Shown here piece after piece: positions 11,655 to 23,174 of a stretch of 64,000 nt of DNA (the stretch's first letter is position 1; every line of letters begins with the position of its first letter). Under the pieces are notes generated by a model. That model did not search any database. It had not been told where the DNA came from and worked only from the letters and a program-made list of their open reading frames with translations. The DNA comes from Guillardia theta CCMP2712 (Eukaryota > Protista > Cryptophyta), in assembly GCF_000315625.1 (NCBI RefSeq), contig NW_005434645.1, positions 515,181-579,180 of the forward strand, given 5' to 3'. The position numbers were made by a program, and so were the translations under genes.

Positions 11655-12444
11655 CACTCAGAGTCGGTGACAGCAAGCTGCTGGCAATGGGCATAATAGT
11701 CGGAGGAGAGAAGGAGGCTTTCGTCAAGAACGCTACTCATATCGCAAGGCGCTGGAAATCTGCTAGGGAGGCTGACATCTTGTTGGCGAAGAGCGGAGTA
11801 CCAGTCTTCTTTTGCAGCATGTTCAACGGTTTGAGGATGGACCTCAAGGTACTTGAGCATATCCCTCTGCTCCTCGAATCTCTCTGTGACAGTGACTCCC
11901 GCGGCTTGTAGGAGCTTCGTGAGGACAACGAGGACAAACACATGGTCTGTAGAGGGTGTTGACTCACCGTTGCAGAATCCGACTGAAAGAGGAGTTGCAG
12001 GCGCACCAAAAGGAGATCCAGGCTCTTAAGGAGAACATGGACGGGCTCAAGGAGAACATGGACGGGCTCAAGGAGACTGTGCAGACAGTCGAGCGCAAGA
12101 TGGACGAAGGCTTCTCGGTGTGTGTTGGACTCTAGCGAGGCGAGAGGGAACTGACTGACTTGCGATGTAGGAGCACCAAAAGGAGATCCAGGCTCTTAAG
12201 GAGAACATGGACGGGCTCAAGGAGAACATGGACGGGCTCAAGGAGACTGTGGACGGGCTCAAGCAGACTGTGGACGGGCTCAAGCAGACTGTGCAGACAG
12301 TCGAGCGCAAGATGGACGAAGGGTTCTCGGTGTGTATCAGGGCCCTGAGAGGGGTGTCACTGTACTGAGAATAATTGCCGTGCACAGATGATCAATCGAC
12401 TCCTGAGAGATGTTTCAAATCTCACCTCCTCGCGACCAATCTGA
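11655..12444 (+). pseudogene. Gene A copy 3, 3' part only (5' part lost or inside the gap), with a 24-nt in-frame deletion
   Basis: Starts at GDSKLLAMG, lacks YAAPQSVH and has two repeat exons. Confidence 0.7.
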
Positions 12445-13990
12445 AGCTATTGTAGAACAATATTACTTAGTCAGCCTTTCTCTCAGTCTTCTGTGCATTT
12501 CTAGCTTTCTTTTGCATCTAAGAACATTTCTAATTTCCCATCACTGATGTCGTCTTCGCTCCGCTCATGGGGATGTCTGGTCGTTTCAATGCGTGTAGAG
12601 GAAGCGCAGGTCCTTGCAGCTCCCCGCTGCCTTGCAGCCTTTCCTCATGCCCACGGTGGATACAAGGCTGGACACCGTGATGATCAACCTCTTCCTCAGG
12701 CAGGATGTGGAGGGGAATATTTTCAGGCTATAAGTCTCAGTTTCCGATTTCGTAGCGGTTTAATTAAACACACAATAGTAGAAGCACACGAAGGTGGAAG
12801 AAGGGATATGCCATGGCATTGCTTCTTACGGGGCCTCTTATGAGGGACGTGGGGCTCAGCGTCGCCACATGTTTGTTTCGTGACAACTTACTGTCCGGTC
12901 AGTGAGGACACAGACGACTGGATAGCCCTCTGACCAGGGCTTCCTCGACTGCCAGCGCCTCCTTGATCTCAAGGATACACTGGTTGCGCTGGATCTTGGC
13001 GGTGAGAGTCTCCACGGTCTCCGGTTTCTCCGGGGCCTTCCTCTTCCCAACAACCGGCTTCGATCCGTTGGTGCGCTCGGTCTGAAGGCTCGTTAGTTGT
13101 TCTTGCAAGGTCGCCAGTCTCTGTTGAGCCTTGGCGATCTCACTCTGCTTGGCTTCGATCTTCTCATCAATGGACTTGGCCGCTGTCGGCGTGCGCGTCT
13201 TGCCCTCGATCTTGTTCTTTCGCATTTCGGCGAATCCGTCTATCGATCCCTGCAGAGCTTTTGTGTCCATTTTCGTAACGGCTGTGAGGCGCTTGGCCGC
13301 GTTGCCAGTAATGGTACCATCGGGTGCAACGTCACCAGGATTGGTGACGCGTGCTGCCGCGATGATCACGGGGTGGTAGAAGAACGCGGCAATGCGCTCC
13401 CTCTCCTTGAGCTCTGCATCAGTCGGTGCGGACTTGCCCTCGTCGTTGGACTTCTTGACCTTTTTTCACCGCCGCGGAAGGGGGGGCCAGCACCCAGTTC
13501 GGGGTCTACAGCGGGTTCGACGACACTCCCTTCTGTTCGCACAAGTGGGTCTTCTGCACGGAGACGAGCCGCAACCTGACGACGGGCGCCTACAACCGCC
13601 AGTGCTTCGGGACGGTGAGCAAGGCCAACTGGACCGACCCCCTGACGCGCTTCGACTCCTGCAAGAGCGCCATCCTCAACGACGCCCCGAGCAGCTCCAC
13701 CATGATCCCCATCCGCATCTGCACGCTCGACTCGACGATGAACGAGCTCTGCATCAAGGTCGCGGACTTCCTCCAGCGGATCCAGGCCGCCAAAAGGCTG
13801 CAAGGCGGCGGGGAGCTGCAAGGACCTGCGCTTCCTCTACACGCATTGAAACGACCAGACATCCCCATGAGCGGAGCGAAGACGACATCAGTGATGGGAA
13901 ATTAGAAATGTTCTTAGATGCAAAAGAAAGCTAGAAATGCACAGAAGACTGAGAGAAAGGCTGACTAAGTAATATTGTTCTACAATAGCT

Positions 13991-15351
13991 TCAGATTGGT
14001 CGCGAGGAGGTGAGATTTGAAACATCTCTCAGGAGTCGATTGATCATCTGTGCACGGCAATTATTCTCAGTACAGTGACACCCCTCTCAGGGCCCTGATA
14101 CACACCGAGAACCCTTCGTCCATCTTGCGCTCGACTGTCTGCACAGTCTGCTTGAGCCCGTCCACAGTCTGCTTGAGCCCGTCCATGTTCTCCTTGAGCC
14201 CGTCCATGTTCTCCTTAAGAGCCTGGATTTCCTTTTGGTGCTCCTACATCGCAAGTCAGTCAGTTCCCTCTCGCCTCGCTAGAGTCCAACACACACCGAG
14301 AACCCTTCGTCCATCTTGCGCTCGACTGTCTGCACAGTCTGCTTGAGCCCGTCCATGTTCTCCTTAAGAGCCTGGATCTCCTTTTGGTGCGCCTGCAACT
14401 CCTCTTTCAGTCGGATTCTGCAACGGTGAGTCAACACCCTCTACAGACCATGTGTTTGTCCTCGTTGTCCTCACGAAGCTCCTACAAGCCGCGGGAGTCA
14501 CTGTCACAGAGAGATTCGAGGAGCAGAGGGATATGCTCAAGTACCTTGAGGTCCATCCTCAAACCGTTGAACATGCTGTGGACGCTTTGAGGCGCAGCGT
14601 AACAAAAGAAGACTGGTACTCCGCTCTTCGCCAACAAGATGTCAGCCTCCCTAGCAGATTTCCAGCGCCTTGCGATATGAGTAGCGTTCTTGACGAAAGC
14701 CTCCTTCTCTCCTCCGACTATTATGCCCATTGCCAGCAGCTTGCTGTCACCGCACTCTGAGCCTTGTGTTGACCACACTTGGTCTTTGAGTGCCAAACCT
14801 ACCTCAAGCTGCCACAGCTTTCGTACCATACAAGACGGTTCTTCTGTGATCTCGAAATGGATGAGAGCGTTCTCGGAGAGCAAGAGACCTTCGAGCTCGT
14901 CTCTGGCGTCAGCGACCTTGTCGTCGTCGTATGAATGTAGCGCTATGACCTGGGGGACTCCGTCGTCGGCATCTTCCGAGTCTACCAAGCTTCTCAGCAC
15001 ATCTCTCAAAGAAACTCTCGAGGAGTTGGAGGAGTTGGATCGAGCTCGAAAGTAAAGGTCGAACTTGAGCTTGAACTTTCCCTTGAAGGTGCAGCTTTCT
15101 TCTGGTATACCTTCAAGGCTTCCTGAACTTCCCATCACTAGCGTGGAGTTGATCGCGCGTCGATACTCTGCTCTGTTGATATGATCGAGGTGCTGAGGAT
15201 TCTTCAAGTTGAGAAACATCAACATCTCGACTATGATAGCAGGCAGGTTTGCATACACCTGACTTTCAAACCAGTTGCTGGACGTTTTTCTGTTCAGCTT
15301 CCGAATGCTCTTCTCCTGTTTTCTCGATTTATCCGCTGCAGATCTCGCCAT
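13991..15351 (-). CDS. Gene A copy 4, intact, two repeat exons
   Basis: ORF 14482-15369 plus downstream spliced exons matching copy 1. Confidence 0.75.
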
Positions 15352-15521
15352 TTCTACAAAGTAGAACAATAGGGCCGGGACTCGGAGACTCTTGGTAGGA
15401 TTGTCGACAACAGCAAGGTCCGAGAGGAGGGTTTCCGGTCAGTGAGTGCGCCTCAGATCATGAGCGAGCCTAGCCGGCCGGCAGAAATTTTCTCGGTAGG
15501 CTCGACGCGTTCGATCTCATC

Positions 15522-15697
15522 GGCAGCAGAGACAGCAAGCTTTAACGGCTAGTTGATTGCAGCACTGATGGGGGCAGCAGACGTAACGGCTCAGTCAGTC
15601 ACGGCCTCGGAGGGGTCTCCATGAGGGGCAGCAGCTGTGAAGAAGCTACGGCCTAGAGAGAAGCCATAGGGGCAGCACTGCGGCAGACTTAACGGCT
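15522..15697. repeat. Degenerate tandem repeat of the motif GGGGCAGCAGAC(G/T)TAACGGC, about four copies interrupted by small insertions
   Basis: ggcagcaga...ttaacggc, ggggcagcagacgtaacggc, ggggcagcag...tacggc and ggggcagca[ctgcggca]gacttaacggc. Confidence 0.6.
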
Positions 15698-16297
15698 TGT
15701 TGAGGGTTGATTTCTGAAGCCTTTTAAATCCGGGGTCCGGATTTTCCAAGCTTGGTTATCAAACAGGTGAGATAATGATGTTCAGGATTACACTCTAACT
15801 GACAAATTGATGGTGCTGGTTTGTAACTAGGGCAAGGGCACAAGCAACTTTAAAGAGCAAGCGCACAATTCTTGTTGGAGTGATTGCAAAAACCTAAGCC
15901 TGATATATATTAAGTTTTTTTTGTGCTGTTTCTACTATATCTCTTAATGTGTCACCATCTCCTGAATGCCATATTTTGAACTACTTCCATTAAGCTATTT
16001 ATACTATTTATGTGGTAGACTTGAACGCTCACATAACTGCCGTCTTCTCTCCTGAAATGGATCTTCTAAATATCATCAGGTTCATCATAAGCCATCTTCA
16101 GAATATCTACATTGCTATTGTATATCGTTGTATAGTTCCTATTAGGATTAGTTTCCAGGAGCACATTGGGAATTATAGATGCTAAGTTTTAGAAACATGA
16201 TTCGAGCCTTTAATTCAAGTCAAATTTCTACGTGATTCAGCGAAGAACATTGAGTTGTGGCGCAGATGATGAAGCACTTGGGAACGTTTGTTAGGGT

Positions 16298-16525
16298 TTG
16301 AGGCGTGTAGAGATGTCAGATTTGCGCTATTGGTCAGTCAATGTGATGCTTGAAGAGCATTGGAGACAGTCCTTCAAGACTTCGATCCTGGAAGCACTGC
16401 ATTATCTCTCTTCCTCCGGGATTTCTGCAAACAAACTCGTCGAGGTCATGCTGAAGTCGCTCAACGTCCCAGAGGATGAAATCAAGGAGCTTGACAGCGC
16501 AGTACTCGTAAACCGGGTAAAATAG
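16298..16525 (+). CDS. Probable terminal exon of a hypothetical gene (upstream exons possibly in 15770-16290)
   Basis: Protein-like open frame after a ttag acceptor, no recognisable family. Confidence 0.3.
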   Translation: MRRVEMSDLRYWSVNVMLEEHWRQSFKTSILEALHYLSSSGISANKLVEVMLKSLNVPEDEIKELDSAVLVNRVK

Positions 16526-16582
16526 ATGAAAGGTCCGTCCGGTCACAGAAGAACCTTGGCTGCCCTTTAGGGAATGAAATGG

Positions 16583-17515
16583 GTTAGAAAGCCTCCTGGA
16601 ATTTCGAGTTATCATCAGCAAGCAAGGGAAGCTGGTCAAACCTGCAATAGCACATGAAACGAGATAAGAACTCCTGTTGTGTTGTCATTGTTGCTGGACT
16701 TAACTGCCCGGGAAATCGCGAGTTTCAGAGCATCCTTGAGATTGTTGTTGTTCCTTTGCAGGTGTGTCCTGAGGCACGTGACTCACTGATCACTGCCTCT
16801 GCGCAGTCTTTGAAACCAAACTGTTTGAAGTTTCACATTTCACAAACTTGACTCTGCAGCAAACCATAAGGGACTCCAGAAGGGAGGGAAGGAAGAAGTC
16901 GGAGGGAGGAGTAGTGGGAGGAGTAGTGGGAGGGAGAGATGGAGAACAACGTAGAAGAAGGGAAGAGAAGGGAGGGAGAGAGAGAGGTCTTCCTGATACT
17001 TCGGGGTTTACATTACTTCTCTCATCGCAAGCTATAGAGGTTTGAGGACTGACATGCTTCGAGGCCAAGGCCAAGATCAAAGGGCTCTCAGCTGAGCCAG
17101 AAATCTTCCAGACCAGTATCACGGATCAGCACGAGCTCCTACTTCTGGCCTCAGATGGATTTTGGTCGGAGAAGAACGGTCAGGGCTAACATGCATGTTG
17201 CTGTTTACCGCCTGCACTTGCTGGCTGGTTATATCTCGATCATCGCATCTCGGGGAAGTAGAGGAGGTTCCAAAATAGTCTCGCCTTGTGTGCCTGCGCG
17301 GCTGTTGCTCCTTGACACCTGAAATGGGATGAGCGAACACAGTGAACATGCAGGCAAGAGACTACAAGTGCAGATGAGAGGTGGCGCCATGAGGATAAGG
17401 AGAATTCAAATCGCAATCAAGACGGATGTTACTCACTGTTATCCGCTGTCCGTAAAGATAGACATCGTTCACCACCTACCCGGTCAGACCATCATGATCA
17501 ACAAATCATCCTACT
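16583..17515 (-). pseudogene. 3' portion of a hypothetical multi-exon gene truncated at the 17519 rearrangement junction
   Basis: Apparent last exon FDQLPLLADDNSKFQEAF* and a pyrimidine-rich intron at ~16860-16990. Product unknown. Confidence 0.3.
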
Positions 17516-17518
17516 TGC

Positions 17519-17708
17519 GCAAGAAAGGGATCTCCCCGAACCCCTTCGATCCCAACAACCAGCAAGACAGGCAGTACAGTGAGTGGCGATGGCATCTGTG
17601 ACACGATTAGCTCGCGTACTCGAGATCCTTGCCCTCCCACCAACCTTGAGCATCCACACGAACCTGGTGATGCCCAAAGGCTGCAAGCTAATCCATCGCC
17701 ACTCACTG
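17519..17708. repeat. Patchwork of three short CLPTM1 pieces: 4429-4505 direct, 5201-5301 inverted, 4487-4502 inverted
   Basis: Base-level matches (one substitution) joined through 1-3 nt overlaps. Confidence 0.92.
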
Positions 17709-18566
17709 GTAGTAGTATCCGCCGAAGCAGAGGCATTCGGAGATCGAGGATGCTTGGAACAAGGATGTGGAGTTGTTTGGGCAAGCATAGAACAGATTGT
17801 CCCCAGGGCAGAAGTATCCGTAGGGGCAGGGAATGCATGTGCTGCCCGATCTGTAGAATCCCTGGTTGCAGACGCAAGACTCTACTACGTTCTGCCCGTA
17901 GTAGTTCATCGAGTTGTCGGGACATGCAAAGATCTCCTCTCCAGAGCAATAGGAGCCCCTGGGGCAAAGAGTGCAGTTCTTGGGTGTGATGGGACTGTTT
18001 GCCCAGTAGTAGCCCTCGTAGCAACGGCATTGCGATGTCTCTGTGTCGGTGAAGGTCCTGATGGCATATGAGTTGGGAGGGCAGGATCCACTGGTGTAGT
18101 AGCAGTCCTGGGTCTCGCCGCAGGGGTCGCAGAACTTCGATTCGCAGTATGTTCCGGTGCCCTGCCAAAACTCGTTGCAGGTGCAGGTGAAGCTACCGAG
18201 CGTGTTGTTGCACCGGGCATTGATATCACAGTCGTTCAGGTAGCTATTGCACTCATTGATGTCCTCACATAGTCCTTGACCATTCTTAACGAAGCCGTCG
18301 GAGCAGATGCAGAGGAAGGAGCCAATGGTATCGATGCAGACACTGTAATCATCACAAGCGGACCTTTCACACTCATTGACGTTGACACACAGGTTGTTGC
18401 TATCGAACTCGAAACCTGTGTCGCAGGTACAGAAGAAGCTCCCCACTGTGTCGGTGCAGAATGAGTTGTCAGGGCAGAACCTCGCTTGGAAGCACTCGTT
18501 GACGTTGGTGCAAGTTGTGAGGTCGACGGATGCATGGCCGGGCCTGCACTCGCAGTATTTTCTCAA
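17703..18566 (-). pseudogene. Intronless internal fragment of a Cys-rich extracellular protein: calcium-binding EGF repeats followed by GCC2/GCC3 (ephrin-receptor-like) repeats
   Basis: NVNECFQARFC...FCTDTVGSFFCTC, NVNECERSAC...CIDTIGSFLCIC, DINECNSYLNDC...CNNTLGSFTCTC, then CTLCPRGSYC and CIPCPYGYFCPG. No ATG or signal peptide, and the stop codon is supplied by the junction sequence. Confidence 0.88.
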
Positions 18567-18614
18567 TGTAATTCAATACGATGAACCTCTCTCTCCCTAT
18601 CTTGGCTGTGCAAA

Positions 18615-19521
18615 ATTCAAGAACGACATCAACTTCTGGCGAGGGCTTCAGTCTACCAAAGGAATCTCCGTTCGCTCCATCGGTACTTCTCCCTTCCTTC
18701 CACCACGCAGCCGATAACGCTCGCCGTCAGCTGTCTCCTCCATCATGGAACTTGTCGTGTTTCTGTACCTCCTTGACAACGACACGTCTTACCTCGTTCT
18801 CTTCACGGTTGGCGGCGGGCTGCTCGTCAACGTCTGGAAGGTTCCCCGTCCTCAACCTCGGCAGCCTCCCGTGCTCTGACTCGCTGCAGCTCATCAAGGC
18901 ATGGTCTCTCATGCGAGGCCGAGGAAGCGACAAGGAGGCGGAGGACTTGCGAGCAGAGCAGGTGAAGCAGCAAGGAGACGGGGCATGCTCGTCCTGACTC
19001 CCTGCACAGGCGATCTCACGCCATATCGACTACATCGCATCCGCCTACCTCCTCAACATCCTCGGCCCGCCCATCGTCGGATACGCTGTCTACAGTCTGG
19101 TGTATGAGGACCAGAGGGGCTGGTACAGCTGGGCGCTCCAGAGCGGGGTGAACGTTGTGTATGCTGTAGGTAGGGGGCTGCTGCCTCCTGTTCTTAGACG
19201 CCTGAGATTCAATGCAGGCTTCATGATGATGACGCCGCAGCTCTTCCTCAACTACAAGTACAAGAGTGTCGAACACCTTCCTTGGAGAGCGCTCATATAT
19301 CGTGCTCTGAATACTTTCATTGACGACCTGTTCGCATTCGTCATCACCATGCCAGGGCTTCACAGGTACGATCCCTCTCTTGCGCTATCTTTCTTCGTTT
19401 TCACAGTGATGTCAGGATGTCTGTCTTTCGAGACGACATTGTCTTCTTCATCTACCTCTATCAGCGTTGGATCTACCGCAAGCGAAGGCCTGCCTCGGAG
19501 ACCTCCATGCACGAGCTCTAG
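18615..19521 (+). pseudogene. Duplicated 3' half of the CLPTM1-like gene (copy of 5498-6404), introns retained
   Basis: Appears identical at constant offset 13117 and is preceded by a 32-nt copy of 4849-4880. Confidence 0.92.
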
Positions 19522-20098
19522 ACTCTGGGACGGCCCTAATTCGGATCATCATAGCTGTGAAGTTCTTGATGCATTGCGATATGAGTAGCGTTCTTGACGA
19601 AAGCCTCCTTCTCTCCTACCGCACTCTGAGCCTTGTCTTGACCGCACTGTCTGGTCTTTGAGTGCCAAACCTACCTCAAGCTGCCAGATGAACCCATCAG
19701 TAGCAAGCTGACGACGAGCCGCGCTTCCCGAGGCCCTCAAGGTAGCGAAGCCCGACTGAGATGAATACTGACACTGCCATGATGATATCACTGCTCTTTG
19801 ACAAGCTGCAAATGTGTGTATCATGGCTGTTTTTGGCTCTTTCTACTCGACCTCAGATCAGACATCTACTCTCTGACAGTGATATCAGTCACGTCGCATC
19901 CTTGAAACCTCTACAGCGCCTCGCCTGTCTCAGTTGTCATCGCTGACAGGCTTGCTCCATCACTGAGGCGCACTCACTGGCTGGGGTCTCAAACCCACTG
20001 CCAGGCAGATGCATCAAGCTTGAAGATTCCTCAAGTCTGTTGTCGACAATCCTACCAAGAGTCTCCGAGTCCCGGCCCTATTGTTCTACTTTGTAGTA

Positions 20099-21626
20099 AT
20101 GGCGAGATCTGCAGCGGATAAATCGAGAAAACAGGAGAAGAGCATTCTGAAGCTGAACAGAAAAACGTCCAGCAACTGGTTTGAAAGTCAGGTGTATGCA
20201 AACCTGCCTGCTATCATAGTCGAGATGTTGATGTTTCTCAACTTGAAGAATCCTCAGCACCTCGATCATATCAACAGAGCAGAGTATCGACGCGCGATCA
20301 ACTCCACGCTAGTGATGGGAAGTTCAGGAAGCCTTGAAGGTATACCAGAAGAAAGCTGCACCTTCAAGGGAAAGTTCAAGCTCAAGTTCGACCTTTACTT
20401 TCGAGCTCGATCCAACTCCTCCAACTCCTCGAGAGTTTCTTTGAGAGATGTGCTGAGAAGCTTGGTAGACTCGGAAGATGCCGACGACGGAGTCCCCCAG
20501 GTCATAGCGCTACATTCATACGACGACGACAAGGTCGCTGACGCCAGAGACGAGCTCGAAGGTCTCTTGCTCTCCGAGAACGCTCTCATCCATTTCGAGA
20601 TCACAGAAGAACCGTCTTGTATGGTACGAAAGCTGTGGCAGCTTGAGGTAGGTTTGGCACTCAAAGACCAAGTGTGGTCAACACAAGGCTCAGAGTGCGG
20701 TGACAGCAAGCTGCTGGCAATGGGCATAATAGTCGGAGGAGAGAAGGAGGCTTTCGTCAAGAACGCTACTCATATCGCAAGGCGCTGGAAATCTGCTAGG
20801 GAGGCTGACATCTTGTTGGCGAAGAGCGGAGTACCAGTCTTCTTTTGCAGCATGTTCAACGGTTTGAGGATGGACCTCAAGGTACTTGAGCATATCCCTC
20901 TGCTCCTCGAATCTCTCTGTGACAGTGACTCCCGCGGCTTGTAGGAGCTTCGTGAGGACAACGAGGACAAACACATGGTCTGTAGAGGGTGTTGACTCAC
21001 CGTTGCAGAATCCGACTGAAAGAGGAGTTGCAGGCGCACCAAAAGGAGATCCAGGCTCTTAAGGAGAACATGGACGGGCTCAAGGAGAACATGGACGGGC
21101 TCAAGGAGACTGTGCAGACAGTCGAGCGCAAGATGGACGAAGGGTTCTCGGTGTGTGTTGGACTCTAGCGAGGCGAGAGGGAACTGACTGACTTGCGATG
21201 TAGGAGCACCAAAAGGAGATCCAGGCTCTTAAGGAGAACATGGACGGGCTCAAGGAGAACATGGACGGGCTCAAGGAGACTGTGCAGACAGTCGAGCGCA
21301 AGATGGACGAAGGGTTCTCGGTGTGTGTTGGACTCTAGCGAGGCGAGAGGGAACTGACTGACTTGCGATGTAGGAGCACCAAAAGGAGATCCAGGCTCTT
21401 AAGGAGAACATGGACGGGCTCAAGGAGAACATGGACGGGCTCAAGCAGACTGTGGACGGGCTCAAGCAGACTGTGCAGACAGTCGAGCGCAAGATGGACG
21501 AAGGGTTCTCGGTGTGTATCAGGGCCCTGAGAGGGGTGTCACTGTACTGAGAATAATTGCCGTGCACAGATGATCAATCGACTCCTGAGAGATGTTTCAA
21601 ATCTCACCTCCTCGCGACCAATCTGA
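20099..21626 (+). CDS. Gene A copy 5, three repeat exons, 24-nt in-frame deletion allele
   Basis: ORF 20081-20944 plus spliced repeat exons and tail. Confidence 0.72.
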
Positions 21627-23174
21627 AGCTATTGTAGAACAAAATTACTTAGTCAGCCTTTCTCTCAGTCTTCTGTGCATTTCTAGCTTTCTTTTGCATC
21701 TAAGAACATTTCTAATTTCCCATCACTGATGTCGTCTTCGCTCCGCTCATGGGGATGTCTGGTCGTTTCAATGCGTGTAGAGGAAGCGCAGGTCCTTGCA
21801 GCTCCCCGCTGCCTTGCAGCCTTTTGGCGGCCTGATTCCGCTGGAGGAAGTCCGCGACCTTGATGCAGAGCTCGTTCATCGTCGAGTCGAGCGTGCAGAT
21901 GCGGATGGGGATCATGGTGGAGCTGCTCGGGGCGTCGTTGAGGATGGCGCTCTTGCAGGAGTCGAAGCGCGTCAGGGGGTCGGTCCAGTTGGCCTTGCTC
22001 ACCGTCCCGAAGCACTGGCGGTTGTAGGCGCCCGTCGTCAGGTTGCGGCTCGTCTCCGTGCAGAAGACCCACTTGTCGAACAGAAGGGAGTGTCGTCGAA
22101 CCCCGCTGTAGACCCCGAACTGGGTGCTGGCCCCCCCTTCCGCGGCGGTGAAAAAAGGTCCAAGGAAGTCCAACGACGAGGGCAAGTCCGCACCGACTGA
22201 TGCAGAGCTCAAGGAGAGGGAGCGCATTGCCGCGTTCTTCTACCACCCCGTGATCATCGCGGCAGCACGCGTCACCAATCCTGGTGACGTTGCACCCGAT
22301 GGTACCATTACTGGCAACGCGGCCAAGCGCCTCACAGCCGTTACGAAAATGGACACAAAAGCTCTGCAGGGATCGATAGACGGATTCGCCGAAATGCGAA
22401 AGAACAAGATCGAGGGCAAGACGCGCACGCCGACAGCGGCCAAGTCCATTGATGAGAAGATCGAAGCCAAGCAGAGTGAGATCGCCAAGGCTCAACAGAG
22501 ACTGGCGACCTTGCAAGAACAACTAACGAGCCTTCAGACCGAGCGCACCAACGGATCGAAGCCGCTTGTTGGGAAGAGGAAGGCCCCGGAGAAACCGGAG
22601 ACCGTGGAGACTCTCACCGCCAAGATCCAGCGCAACCAGTGTATCCTTGAGATCAAGGAGGCGCTGGCAGTCGAGGAAGCCCTGGTCAGAGGGCTATCCA
22701 GTCGTCTGTGTCCTCACTGACCGGACAGTAAGTTGTCACGAAACAAACATGTGGCGACGCTGAGCCCCACGTCCCTCATAAGAGGCCCCGTAAGAAGCAA
22801 TGCCATGGCATATCCCTTCTTCAACCTTCGTGTGCTTCCACTATTGTGTGTTTAATTAAACCGCTACGAAATCGGAAACTGAGACTTATAGCCTGAAAAT
22901 ATTCCCCTCCACATCCTGCCTGAGGAAGAGGTTGATCATCACGGTGTCCAGCCTTGTATCCACCGTGGGCATGAGGAAAGGCTGCAAGGCAGCGGGGAGC
23001 TGCAAGGACCTGCGCTTCCTCTACACGCATTGAAACGACCAGACATCCCCATGAGCGGAGCGAAGACGACATCAGTGATGGGAAATTAGAAATGTTCTTA
23101 GATGCAAAAGAAAGCTAGAAATGCACAGAAGACTGAGAGAAAGGCTGACTAAGTAATATTGTTCTACAATAGCT

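Larger units (their letters stand above)
11655..15433. repeat. Palindrome 2: left arm ~11655-12642 (begins at a gap), spacer 12643-13792, right arm 13793-15433
   Basis: Same structure as palindrome 1. The spacer is a direct repeat at offset 4088. Confidence 0.88.

Noticed and set aside
10172-11941. Long ORFs of 115-387 aa containing X runs
   Set aside because: They are open only because they cross N-gaps.
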